Assembly: GCA_934131695.1 (NCBI GenBank)
Contig: CAKOZV010000004.1
Location: 1,992-65,991 of the forward strand
Direction of reading: 5' to 3'
Source of the DNA: an uncultured Bacilli bacterium
Lineage (GTDB): Bacteria > Bacillota_I > Bacilli_A > RF39 > UBA660
DNA: 64,000 nucleotides
Below, one piece after another: positions 49,975 to 60,023 of the stretch. Numbering within the stretch: the first letter of the stretch is position 1; every line of letters starts with the position of its first letter. The notes under the pieces are model-generated. The model was not told the DNA's origin. It saw only the letters and a list, made by a program, of their open reading frames with translations, and did no database searches. The translations under genes were made by a program, and so were the position numbers.

Positions 49975-51327
49975 TTAGTATTTTTTCTCTTGCAAATCAG
50001 ACTTATTAACTGATGATAATTTTAATTCATAACCTATTGGTTTAACATTTCCAAACACTTGACCACCAAATACAATTACATCATCAGAATATATTGGTTC
50101 TTTGTTAATAGCAAAATTGCTTAATTCATCAATAGAAATTCTTTCTTTTTCTTTATCATAAATCATTTTATCTAAATACTCTTGTTTAAAATCATTAGAT
50201 GCTATAATTTTACTAAATACATCAATAAAGTCATTAGTAGTATATTCACTTCCAATAAAATCATAGTATATAGTTGGATTGATTTTTACTATATTTTCTA
50301 TAAATAATTCTTTAAGATGCTCCGTCTTTTCAGAATTTTGTTCACTTGTATTATAGATTTTAGAAAAGTATTCACAAGTATCCTTTATGTTATCAAAATC
50401 ATTGTGTTCATTATCAGAAAAATTTCTTATAATAACATCTAGGGTAATTCCACACAATTCGTCTACTGATTCATATATATTTTTTGATAGTAAATGCCTT
50501 TCTATTGCATACTTTGTATTTTTAGGAAAATTTTCAACTAAAAGATTTTTATATTCTTCCTCACTAAGTTGTTCATCAAAGTTTTTCTTATTTTTTAAAT
50601 AGTCTTCAACAGTTGTTTTATCTTCATGATATGAATAATTTAATGTAAATACGTTAATACAATCTTTAAGAGCAGTTAATTCTTTTTCATTTAAGGTATT
50701 TTCTGTTATCTCTATTATTCTATTTAAAATATCATTTTTGCTATCAATATTATCTACATACATTAATGTATCAATTAAATATCTATTTTTACCTAATATC
50801 ATCATTAAGTTTTGATAAAAGACTTTATTTATCGTATATTTACCTGAAGGTTGAGTTTTAAAATCATTAAGATGAAACTCTTCCCCGTTTTCTCTATTAT
50901 TTATAGTCACATATGTATAATTCGTATCACCATATTCTAATTCATCTTGTCTTTTACTAACTACAGCCTCTTCTATTTTATTTAAGAAAGACTCACGATA
51001 TTTATACCCTTCCATTAAAAAATGATTTTTTTCTGTTTCTAATGAACCAATTGCATGACCAGCTTCATGTATTAACAAGTTTAATGCTTCATGTTTACTT
51101 TTACAAGACCAATCAAATTCAATTTTCTTTTCTTCTTTATATGTTGCACCACTGTTCTTTCCTATTCTATTTCTTGGTACAAAATTATATTCTTCAAAAA
51201 ACTTGACTGTTTTTTCTTTGCCAAAAATACTTATCATTTCCGGTAACAATTCTATAGTATTCTCAATTAGTTTTTCATCATAATTTTTACCAATCATTAA
51301 TTGTTTAATGGTATCTTCTAACTGCAT
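49975..51327 (-). CDS. HEXXH-motif protein (putative zinc metallopeptidase-like), cytoplasmic, unknown family
   Basis: LIHEAGHAIG at about residue 87. The remaining roughly 350 aa have no recognisable domain. Confidence 0.45.
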   Translation of the reverse strand: MQLEDTIKQLMIGKNYDEKLIENTIELLPEMISIFGKEKTVKFFEEYNFVPRNRIGKNSGATYKEEKKIEFDWSCKSKHEALNLLIHEAGHAIGSLETEKNHFLMEGYKYRESFLNKIEEAVVSKRQDELEYGDTNYTYVTINNRENGEEFHLNDFKTQPSGKYTINKVFYQNLMMILGKNRYLIDTLMYVDNIDSKNDILNRIIEITENTLNEKELTALKDCINVFTLNYSYHEDKTTVEDYLKNKKNFDEQLSEEEYKNLLVENFPKNTKYAIERHLLSKNIYESVDELCGITLDVIIRNFSDNEHNDFDNIKDTCEYFSKIYNTSEQNSEKTEHLKELFIENIVKINPTIYYDFIGSEYTTNDFIDVFSKIIASNDFKQEYLDKMIYDKEKERISIDELSNFAINKEPIYSDDVIVFGGQVFGNVKPIGYELKLSSVNKSDLQEKKY

Positions 51328-51509
51328 ATATTATCCTCTTTTCTTTAATTGTTTGCTAGTCCTTCTCATTAATCATACCATAATTTACTACAAAAACTAA
51401 ACTTATTAGTAGTGAAAAATAATCCTTATTCTTAAAAATTTTGCAACATATTTTTAACAATTGACACTGATGCTCACTATAAATAACAAAAATATATTTA
51501 TATTAGCAA

Positions 51510-52133
51510 TTAATAATTTATACCTATAAATGTTTTAATATCTTTATCCGTTGGATTTGATGAGAATCTCTGACCTTCAAGCCAATTACCACTACCTGTC
51601 TCTTTCTCTAATAGTTTTCCACTATTACCGATATCAGACGATGCTGATGTACAAAATGGTATAACTGTCTTTCCAGCAAAGTTATTAGCTTTAACAAATG
51701 TATTTACTGGCCAAGCAGCTATTCCCCACCATATAGGATAACCAATTAAAACAGTATCATAACTATCCCAATTAGCTACTTCAGTACTTTCAAGTTCAAC
51801 ATTTCTTAAAGATTCGTCATCATGTTCTCTTGACACTCTTGATTTAGCATTTGTCCAATCTAAATCATCAGATGTATATATATCTTTTGGTACTATTTCA
51901 AAAATATCAGCACTTAAATTACTAGCAATATTTTTAGCAACTGATTCAGTATGACTCTGAGCAGAATAATATACTACTAGAATTTTTTTATTAGAAGAGG
52001 TGGTATCATTACCAGAAGTAGATGTACCACTATTTTGATTAGTCTTATTATTTCCATTTAAGACATAGTAAGAACTGGCTCCAATTATAACAATTAATAA
52101 TATTACTAAGATTATAGTTATACTTTTTTTCAT
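51510..52133 (-). CDS. membrane-anchored flavodoxin-family protein (signal/TM + Ser/Thr-rich linker + flavodoxin fold)
   Basis: KILVVYYSAQSHTESVAKNIA (flavodoxin FMN-phosphate loop-like) and YPIWWG. An N-terminal hydrophobic helix and an STS-rich linker suggest extracytoplasmic display. Confidence 0.55.
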   Translation of the reverse strand: MKKSITIILVILLIVIIGASSYYVLNGNNKTNQNSGTSTSGNDTTSSNKKILVVYYSAQSHTESVAKNIASNLSADIFEIVPKDIYTSDDLDWTNAKSRVSREHDDESLRNVELESTEVANWDSYDTVLIGYPIWWGIAAWPVNTFVKANNFAGKTVIPFCTSASSDIGNSGKLLEKETGSGNWLEGQRFSSNPTDKDIKTFIGINY

Positions 52134-52144
52134 TATAAATCTCC

Positions 52145-53037
52145 TTACCAGTTTTTCTTGTCATTACGACAGTCTTCATTTTCTCTTCTTGATTTTACAA
52201 TATTATCAAACCATTCAACCATCTTAGGATCTTGATGATTAAAGAACAAACTATTACTTGTATCTAATTTACTAATCTCTTGCATATCATCTTCTGATAG
52301 TTCAAAATCAAATACATTAAAGTTTTCTTTCATTCTTTCTATATGAGTTGATTTACAAGCGATAATAACTCCTCTTTGGATTAGCCATCTAAGCATTACT
52401 TGAGCGGAAGACTTATTATATTTTTTACTAATACTAACTAATACCTCATTAGTAAATAAACCATTTCTTCCCTCTCCAAAGGGGGTGCCCATGCTTCCAT
52501 TTTTACTCCGTATTTTTCCATATTTTCTTGTGCTTCTACTTGAGCATTTAATGGGTTTACCTCAACCTGATTAATTACTGGTACAATGCCTCTACCAAAT
52601 AAACAAATATCAGTTAGTCTATCAGGATAAAAATTAGATACTCCAATCGCTCTAATTTTACCTTCTTCATATAGCTCTTCTAAAGCTCTATAAGCTCCAT
52701 AATAATCGCTAAATGGTTGATGAAGTAGTACCAAATCAATATAATCTGTTTTTAACTTTCTTAAAGATTCCATTACGGACTCTTTACAGTTTTCATATCC
52801 ATAATTATCAATCCAAACCTTAGTTGTAATAAATAATTCTTCTCTTGGGATACCACATTCTACAATAGCATCTCCCACTTCACTTTCATTAAAATAACTC
52901 TGAGCTGTATCAATTGCCCTAAATCCTACTTTAATTGCATCAAGTACACATTTCTTTGTTTCTTCTTTAGGTATTTGATAAACTCCAAATCCTAGTATAG
53001 GCATTTCTACGCCATTATTAAGTTTTACATATTCCAT
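52145..53037 (-). pseudogene. aldo/keto reductase (2,5-diketo-D-gluconate reductase-like) disrupted by a -1 frameshift in a C5/G5 run near 52481-52488
   Basis: Two ORFs (52438-53037 and 52145-52492) join as ...GVKMEAWAPP|FGEGRNGLFTNEVL... if the C-run on the coding strand is 6 instead of 5. AKR motifs FRAIDTAQSY and IGVSNF are present. Confidence 0.7.
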
Positions 53038-53139
53038 ATAATCATCCTTTCTTTAACTACATTACAATTATAAATGTCGGGTGTTAATCCCGGTCAAGCT
53101 TTTTTATTTATTTCGTAAAATAAGTTATATTCACAGTTA

Positions 53140-55134
53140 TTATCTAATTAGCAAATATGCAAAAGCCATTCCTATAGTAATCCCAATAAATAGTATTAAT
53201 GCTAAATAATTAGTAAAACCATTATCACTAGCAGTATTCGTTTTAACATAAGTTTTACCTTTTAATTGTTGTGTTTTATTATAGTCTTGCTCATTTTCTA
53301 TACATGAAGGCATACTTTTATTTGTATCTAATGATTTAACATCATCAAAACTAGTACCATCCCTAATTATCCCAGCTTGCATTGATGAAAGTAATGGTTT
53401 ATTGGCTCCTTTAGAATTTTCTTTAGCAATTTTAATATTATTTCTAACTAGATTATGATCATTTTTACCAAATAAAGTCCAATAAGTACTTCTTTGAAAT
53501 TTAACTCCATTATCTAAATAACAATTTCCAATATAATCTTGCATGTTTCTCTTAATAGACCACAACGAATCAGTTACTCCATTATTTTTAGCTGTTTCAT
53601 AATTACTAAGAAATTCTTTTTCAAAATGAAAATCATGTTCTGTGCACTCTGTTTTTTTAGGTTTAACAATCTTTATTTCTCCGTCCACTACAAGTTTACC
53701 ATCTTGAATTCTTTTTATCATCTTAGCTGTCTCTGTAAGATTCTGTTTACCCTTTTCTGTCATTACATCTTCATCTGATAAATGCATTTGATCTCCAAAA
53801 GAATCTATTAAATCAGGACTTAACTTATCTATTTCAAATAAAACTTCTTCTACCTTATCTCTTTTTTGTGGACTTTCTGTTAGTGTTGTTTCATTATACA
53901 TAAATTCTACACCTACTGGTTTTTTTATATCATCAAAACAAGATACAATTTCATTAATAGTTATTCCAAAATTCTTTTCCCACACCATATCATAAGAAGA
54001 ATCTTTAAAAGTTTTATTTTTTTCCACAAGTTCATTAAATATTTCGACAGTATTTATTACCTTAGAGCCATCAGCTAATTGTTTATTGTTCTCTTCTATA
54101 AAGTCTATAGATTTTTTAACAAAAGCTTTCATTTCTGCAAGGATTTGATCATGATCCTTTATGCTTTTACCTTGTCTTAATAAATTATCAACATGAGACT
54201 GATCAAATAAAGCATGATACCTCATATGTTTATTATGACTCATACAATAATAAAAGGCTTTTTCTGTTAAGTATGGATCAAATACTTTTCCATTAGATGA
54301 CTGATAAATAGTATTATCAAACTTACCAGTAGCTATTATAATAGTGTCTATTGATGGGTCATTTGAAATTAGGTTAGATAAACTTTTCATTTCTTCATAA
54401 GAAACTGATTTAACATTTTCAAAATCATCTTTCATATAACGATTAAATTGGGTTATAAAATCTACACCATGTCTTTGTTGTAAATATTTATAAGCATCAT
54501 CTATCTTTCCTTGGGAAATAAAAGATAAACAGTCATCTTGCTCTTGAGTAGAAATACCTAATTTTTCTAATTTTACTTTTGCTTGTTGCTCAATGCTACT
54601 CATTTTAGCATTGTCTAAATAACTAATTAAACTATCTTGATACTTTTGATATAAATTTTTTTTAGCATCTTCTAATTCATCGATTGTTTGAATCAACTTA
54701 TAATTAGGTATAACATCTTCTACCGTCATATTTGGAAACTGTCCACAAATATTTTCTACATAATTTTTTAGCTCTTCTTTAGATTTTAGTTCAGTAATCA
54801 TTAATAAATCAATTTGTTGTTGGCTTAAATATATACCGTTTTTACTAGTATTTAATTGCAAAGAAGCTAATTCTCTAGATTTCCCAAGCTGATTATTTTC
54901 TGTAAATTTTGCTAAATGGTTTTGAAACTTAACAAAATCTTCTATCGTTTGATTGGCAATTTCATTAACTTTAGGAATTATTTCTGACTTCAAGTCACCA
55001 TTTGAATTTTTAAACATTTCTATTGCCTTTTTCTTCTTTTCATCAGTTATTAAACCTACATATTTAGAATTAATACTTAATACAAGTTCATTAATATACT
55101 GTTCTATTAACTGTTTCTTTTGCTCACTATTCAT
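53140..55134 (-). CDS. large hypothetical protein (664 aa) with a single C-terminal transmembrane anchor
   Basis: C-terminal GFTNYLALILFIGITIGMAFAYLLIR. The interior has weak TIM-barrel glycosidase-like patches (YNE..., GDQMHL, TECTEHD), which is not conclusive. Confidence 0.45.
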   Translation of the reverse strand: MNSEQKKQLIEQYINELVLSINSKYVGLITDEKKKKAIEMFKNSNGDLKSEIIPKVNEIANQTIEDFVKFQNHLAKFTENNQLGKSRELASLQLNTSKNGIYLSQQQIDLLMITELKSKEELKNYVENICGQFPNMTVEDVIPNYKLIQTIDELEDAKKNLYQKYQDSLISYLDNAKMSSIEQQAKVKLEKLGISTQEQDDCLSFISQGKIDDAYKYLQQRHGVDFITQFNRYMKDDFENVKSVSYEEMKSLSNLISNDPSIDTIIIATGKFDNTIYQSSNGKVFDPYLTEKAFYYCMSHNKHMRYHALFDQSHVDNLLRQGKSIKDHDQILAEMKAFVKKSIDFIEENNKQLADGSKVINTVEIFNELVEKNKTFKDSSYDMVWEKNFGITINEIVSCFDDIKKPVGVEFMYNETTLTESPQKRDKVEEVLFEIDKLSPDLIDSFGDQMHLSDEDVMTEKGKQNLTETAKMIKRIQDGKLVVDGEIKIVKPKKTECTEHDFHFEKEFLSNYETAKNNGVTDSLWSIKRNMQDYIGNCYLDNGVKFQRSTYWTLFGKNDHNLVRNNIKIAKENSKGANKPLLSSMQAGIIRDGTSFDDVKSLDTNKSMPSCIENEQDYNKTQQLKGKTYVKTNTASDNGFTNYLALILFIGITIGMAFAYLLIR

Positions 55135-55294
55135 ATTCTACCACCTTACGATATAATTATTTATCTATATTATAACATTTAACCAATTATGTTTTTTATA
55201 AAATTATGTTATTATGTGTAAATTAAATACCTAAATAGCCATCATAATACAAAAAAACATCTAATATTATAAACTACTAGATGTTTCTAATTAA

Positions 55295-56302
55295 TTATTT
55301 TATAGCAGAAGACTGTAAAGCAGTAATAGCAATTACCCCAACTATATCACTAGCATTACATCCTCTAGATAAATCATTTATTGGCTTAGCAAGTCCTTGA
55401 GTAACTGGCCCATAAGCTTTAGCAAGTCCTAATCTTTCAGTTATTTTATAGGCGATATTACCAGCATCTAAATCAGGAAATACTAAAACATTGGCACTAC
55501 CTGCTACTTTTGAACCAGGTGCTTTTCTCTCTCCTATTTCTTTAACAATAGCAGCATCAAACTGTAATTCACCATCTAAAGTGATATCTTTTAAACTTTC
55601 CCTAGCAAGGTCTACCGCTTTTACTACTTTTTCACTATCAGGACATTTTGAAGATCCATAAGTAGAATGTGATAGAAAAGCTACTTTCGGAGTATCTTCT
55701 ACTAATAATTCAAAACTTTCAGCACTACTTTTAGCAATATCTACTAATTGTTCACTAGTAGGATTTTGATTTAATCCACAATCTGAATAAATAAATACCC
55801 CATTAGAACCATACTGCTTTTGTGGAGTATCCATCAAAAAGAAAGATGAGGCTGTCTTAACATTAGGTGCTGTCTTAATAATTTGTAAAGCTACACGTAA
55901 AGTATCAGAACTAGAGTGAACTGCTCCACTAACCATTCCATCAGCATAATTAAGTTTAACAAGCATAGCTCCAAAATAAGGATAGTCGTTAGCAAGTATT
56001 TCACTAGCTTTATCAAGAGTCATTCCCTTTTTCTTTCTTAACTCATAATAAGTATTAACACACAAATCAAAGTCAGTAAACTTAACTGGTTCTATTATCT
56101 TACATCCATCAAGAGAAATATTGTTCTTTCTTGCTAAAGATAAAATATCTTCTTCCTTACCAATCAAATAAATATCCGCAATATTTTCCCTAACAGTGAT
56201 AGCTGCAGCTTCTAAAGTTCTAATATCATCTGTTTCTGGTAAAACTATTTTTTTCTTCTCATTTTTCTTTACTCTATAAATTATCTTTTCTATAAAATCC
56301 AT
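55295..56302 (-). CDS. pta: phosphate acetyltransferase
   Basis: Near end-to-end similarity to B. subtilis Pta (SGAVHSSSDTLRVALQIIKT, AFLSHSTYGS, DLSRGCNASDI). Confidence 0.85.
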   Translation of the reverse strand: MDFIEKIIYRVKKNEKKKIVLPETDDIRTLEAAAITVRENIADIYLIGKEEDILSLARKNNISLDGCKIIEPVKFTDFDLCVNTYYELRKKKGMTLDKASEILANDYPYFGAMLVKLNYADGMVSGAVHSSSDTLRVALQIIKTAPNVKTASSFFLMDTPQKQYGSNGVFIYSDCGLNQNPTSEQLVDIAKSSAESFELLVEDTPKVAFLSHSTYGSSKCPDSEKVVKAVDLARESLKDITLDGELQFDAAIVKEIGERKAPGSKVAGSANVLVFPDLDAGNIAYKITERLGLAKAYGPVTQGLAKPINDLSRGCNASDIVGVIAITALQSSAIK

Positions 56303-56305
56303 ATC

Positions 56306-57019
56306 TTACTCCTCCTCTAATTTACTTTCTCCTGTTTTATAATCTATAGTAACACCTTTTTGAACATTATATACATAAACATTAAATGATAACTTTCCCT
56401 TATCCTCAATTGAATATGCTTCCATATATGCTCCATTTGCTACTAAATTATCACCATCAAAAACAGGGGTTACTCTATATAAAACATGATTATTAGTCTC
56501 TTTTATATAATTAGCTACTTTATTCTCAAAAGGTAACATTCCATCTACATTCATACTTCTAGTACAAGTCATTAAATTTTTGGGATTAGCATTTTGTCCA
56601 GTTAATTGATGGGCAATTAAATGACATCTATTATATAAATATTTTCCATCAACAAAATCATACTTAACTGTATGCCATCCAGCTGGTTTAATCATCCCTA
56701 TACTACCTCTTTTAGTAGTTGGCATTGTACTTTTACTAACAAGAGCAAAAGCTACTCCTACTCTACCTAAGGAATCTAAATCACTATATTCTTCTTTTTC
56801 TGTTAACTCTTTTTCACTATCTGTAAATGTTGGTTTATTATTATTTACCTCTTTATAAGGTTCATTATCATAACTTGGTATACTAATAACATCACTTGTA
56901 TTATTACTATTATCTTTATAAGCATAAGATGGTAATATATATTGATAACTAACTACTGCTATTAAGACAATTAAACTTAACAGCGATGTTACTAGTTTCT
57001 TATTCTTTCTACTCATCAA
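56306..57019 (-). CDS. membrane-anchored DNA/RNA non-specific endonuclease (Endonuclease_NS_2-like)
   Basis: An N-terminal TM anchor. NRCHLIAHQLTGQNANPKNLMTCTRSMN resembles the conserved core of pfam13930-type nucleases. Confidence 0.55.
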   Translation of the reverse strand: MMSRKNKKLVTSLLSLIVLIAVVSYQYILPSYAYKDNSNNTSDVISIPSYDNEPYKEVNNNKPTFTDSEKELTEKEEYSDLDSLGRVGVAFALVSKSTMPTTKRGSIGMIKPAGWHTVKYDFVDGKYLYNRCHLIAHQLTGQNANPKNLMTCTRSMNVDGMLPFENKVANYIKETNNHVLYRVTPVFDGDNLVANGAYMEAYSIEDKGKLSFNVYVYNVQKGVTIDYKTGESKLEEE

Positions 57020-57124
57020 ACCATCCTTTCCCTATTTATTGTATCATAAGATTACAAGATTTTTTAGAAATTTATTTTCTTATTTAATACTTTATGATAA
57101 ACTTTAGATAAAGATGGAGGATTT

Positions 57125-58189
57125 ATGAAAAAGAAGAAGAAAAGAAAAAAGATTATTACCTTTATTACACTCTTCATTATAATAATTATTATATTAGTAT
57201 ATCTAGCATCAACTAATAAAATTGAGATAAAAATTCCATTTACTGATATTAATACAACTAAAACAGAAAAGAAAAAATTAACTATATATGATGAAGATAG
57301 TAATAAAAGACCAATTGCTGTTATGATAGACAATAATGTTGGTTACTCTTCTCAAGTAGGATTACAAGATGCTTTTGTAACTTATGAAGCAATAGTAGAA
57401 GGTGGCCTTACTAGAATGATGGCTATATTTAAAGATACCAATACAGCATTAATAGGACCAGTTAGAAGTTCTAGACATTACTTTTTAGATTATGCTTTAG
57501 AATATGACTCACTTTATGCCCACTTTGGTTGGAGTACTTTTGCTGAAAATGATATCAAGTCTTTAAGAGTAAATAATATTAATGGATTATATGTAGATAG
57601 TGCTTACTGGCGTGATAGAAAGATTGCTGCTCCCCATAATGTTTTTACTAACATAGAAACTTTATATAAGAGTGCGGAAAATCTTGGTTACCAAACAACT
57701 ACTGATGAGTGGGAAGCTCTACCAATAACTAGTGACAATGTAGATTTAACGAAAATAAAGAATAAGACTTGTACTGATACTGATTGTGATACTGGTTTAG
57801 TACAAGCTAACAAAGTAACTATTCCCTATTCTAATAGTCAAACAAGAAGTTATGCCTATGATAGTGAAAGAAAAGTTTATCTAAGATATATGAATCATAA
57901 TGCTCATATAGATAGAGATAGTAAAGAACAATATCATTATAAAAATATTATTATTATCAAGGTTAGAAATAAAACTTTAGATAATTATGGTAGGCAAGAC
58001 TTGGATACAACAGGTACTAAAGAAGCATATTATATAACAAATGGATATGCCATACCAATAACTGCTAAGAAAAATTCAAGAAGTGGTAAAACCATCTATA
58101 ATTATATGGATGGTAGCGAAGTTAGATTAAATGATGGAAATACTTTCATTCAAATAGAACCTGTTAATATGACTCCATCATTTGAGTAG
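57125..58189 (+). CDS. DUF3048 (YerB-like) secreted/lipoprotein
   Basis: A Lys-rich N-terminus plus TM, then PIAVMIDNNVGYSSQVGLQDAFVTYEAIVEGGLTRMMAIF, typical of the YerB family. Confidence 0.65.
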   Translation: MKKKKKRKKIITFITLFIIIIIILVYLASTNKIEIKIPFTDINTTKTEKKKLTIYDEDSNKRPIAVMIDNNVGYSSQVGLQDAFVTYEAIVEGGLTRMMAIFKDTNTALIGPVRSSRHYFLDYALEYDSLYAHFGWSTFAENDIKSLRVNNINGLYVDSAYWRDRKIAAPHNVFTNIETLYKSAENLGYQTTTDEWEALPITSDNVDLTKIKNKTCTDTDCDTGLVQANKVTIPYSNSQTRSYAYDSERKVYLRYMNHNAHIDRDSKEQYHYKNIIIIKVRNKTLDNYGRQDLDTTGTKEAYYITNGYAIPITAKKNSRSGKTIYNYMDGSEVRLNDGNTFIQIEPVNMTPSFE

Positions 58190-58206
58190 TAGTAAGGGGT
58201 AGTAGT

Positions 58207-58713
58207 ATGTATGAATGGTTAAATTTAGAATTATTAGATTATAAAAATAAAGATGACATATGGGACTTAATAAACTTATTTGAAGATGGAACATTACAAG
58301 AATATAGTGAATTACCACCAAGATGTCCCTTTGTCTTTCTTATTCAAAAGTATAGAGAAGTTAATGGTAATAAATCACATAAACCAATTGGATTCATATT
58401 TTTAGAATCAAAAGATATCACTAGTGACGACTTATATATACATTTTGGTATAACAAAAGATGAAAGAAATAAAGGATATATGAAACAAGCACTTTATATT
58501 CTAAATCATAAACTAATAGGTAATACTATGGAACAAGAAGAACATTTAAAAGATTATGAAAAAATATTAACATCTTCTAATATCCTAGCAATTAATGAAA
58601 AAGACAATAATATAGTAAAACACTTATTACAAAATAATTGCTATTATATTAATTCTAAACAACAAATATATTATATGGGATTTAATGAAAGAAAAAAGCT
58701 ACTTACCAAATAA
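58207..58713 (+). CDS. hypothetical protein, possibly GNAT-fold acetyltransferase
   Basis: IGFIFL...LYIHFGITKDERNKGYMKQAL loosely matches GNAT motif A. Weak. Confidence 0.35.
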   Translation: MYEWLNLELLDYKNKDDIWDLINLFEDGTLQEYSELPPRCPFVFLIQKYREVNGNKSHKPIGFIFLESKDITSDDLYIHFGITKDERNKGYMKQALYILNHKLIGNTMEQEEHLKDYEKILTSSNILAINEKDNNIVKHLLQNNCYYINSKQQIYYMGFNERKKLLTK

Positions 58714-58722
58714 GTAACTTTT

Positions 58723-59682
58723 TTAATATGCTTTCTCTTGAATATTTTTATTTATTTCAATATTTCTATTAGTTAATATATCAGAATACCCAGATACTTT
58801 TAAAGTCTCATCCATAAGGATTCTATTATCGTCTTTATTATTTATTAGTTGTAAATATTCTGCTGAAGTATTATGATTATTAGCAATAATATCTAAAGTT
58901 TCTCCACCACCAACTCTTGTTATTAAATCAAAATCATTTGATACTTTAACATATTCTTGGAATCTAAGTAATCCCTCAGTAAGAGAATCAGTAAACTTAT
59001 TGACATCAGTATTTCCATCTACTGCTATTGTTACAAAACGACTAGCTCCTTTTTCACCTAAAGAGTTTTCAACAGGAGATTCTTTTAAAGTTGGATGTCC
59101 ACTATCGTCATATCCTTTTATACCACACTGAATATCCATATCAGTTAAACCATTGCTTCTTAAAGAACTATTAAGACTTACTGCTAATGGATCTGTTTGA
59201 TTATCACGATCATTATACTGACCAATAATTTTTGTCTTACCATCATTATTATAATCAAGTAAACTTATATAAGTCTCACTACCATTCATATTTTCAATGC
59301 TATAAGAATCGGCAACAGTTTCTACAGAAACACCTTCACTTGCTAATTTAGTTGAAAGAGAATTTATAAAATTATCTTGTACTCCATCATTTACTAAGAC
59401 AATATTTAAATCATTTAAGTCTGTAATATCTGCATAAATAGTATCATCTGCCGTTTCTGTCTCTTTTGGAATTACAGGATCATCAATTCTAGTATGACTA
59501 TTATAAGCGATAGAAGCACCAGTTATAGCTACAGCAAAAACAGCAATACCTACTCTAGTTTTAAATCTCTGTTTAGCTCTAGCTTGTCTTTGTCTTTCAA
59601 TTTTAGCCATTCTTAACATCTGTTTTTTTCGTTGATTTAAATCAATAATTTTAGATTCATTTACCTCTAGATTTCTTACCAT
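58723..59682 (-). CDS. membrane-anchored protein with a C-terminal LysM domain
   Basis: An N-terminal basic region plus TM. C-terminal VGGGETLDIIANNHNTSAEYLQLINN...ILMDETLKV is LysM-like. Confidence 0.55.
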   Translation of the reverse strand: MVRNLEVNESKIIDLNQRKKQMLRMAKIERQRQARAKQRFKTRVGIAVFAVAITGASIAYNSHTRIDDPVIPKETETADDTIYADITDLNDLNIVLVNDGVQDNFINSLSTKLASEGVSVETVADSYSIENMNGSETYISLLDYNNDGKTKIIGQYNDRDNQTDPLAVSLNSSLRSNGLTDMDIQCGIKGYDDSGHPTLKESPVENSLGEKGASRFVTIAVDGNTDVNKFTDSLTEGLLRFQEYVKVSNDFDLITRVGGGETLDIIANNHNTSAEYLQLINNKDDNRILMDETLKVSGYSDILTNRNIEINKNIQEKAY

Positions 59683-59690
59683 AATATCAC

Positions 59691-60023
59691 CTACTTCTTC
59701 TCACTAATAATTGTTAAAAGTTTTATAATTTCACCAAAACCATATATTAAGGAACAAAATACAAAACTAACTAACCAAAATATTAAAGTTAATGCAAGAT
59801 TATATTCTGTATTAGTACAAGTTTTAAATAATGTAGACGTTTCCGTACAAGCTGGAAAAATATTTCCTAGAATAATACCAATTATAAAAAAGAAAGCAAA
59901 TAATAAGTAAGCTAATTTTTGATAGAAGTTATGTTCTCTAGTCTTAGTTACCTCTTTACTAATCTTTTTTAACTTAGGAAGTGGTTTCTTTTCCATTTCT
60001 ATCTCATCAAATAAATCTTTCAT
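59691..60023 (-). CDS. small membrane protein (two TM)
   Basis: ORF with hydrophobic helices. Start/stop overlap with neighbours (ATGA-type junction at 60023). Confidence 0.4.
   Translation of the reverse strand: MKDLFDEIEMEKKPLPKLKKISKEVTKTREHNFYQKLAYLLFAFFFIIGIILGNIFPACTETSTLFKTCTNTEYNLALTLIFWLVSFVFCSLIYGFGEIIKLLTIISEKK

Noticed and set aside
50387-50602. 71-aa ORF antisense in the HEXXH gene
   Set aside because: Shadow ORF.
53539-53778. 79-aa ORF (and the 67-aa ORF at 54953-55156) antisense in the 664-aa gene
   Set aside because: Shadow ORFs with low-complexity translation.
57064-57333. 89-aa Ile/Phe-rich ORF on the minus strand
   Set aside because: Antisense to the 5' end of the DUF3048 gene, which has a strong RBS.
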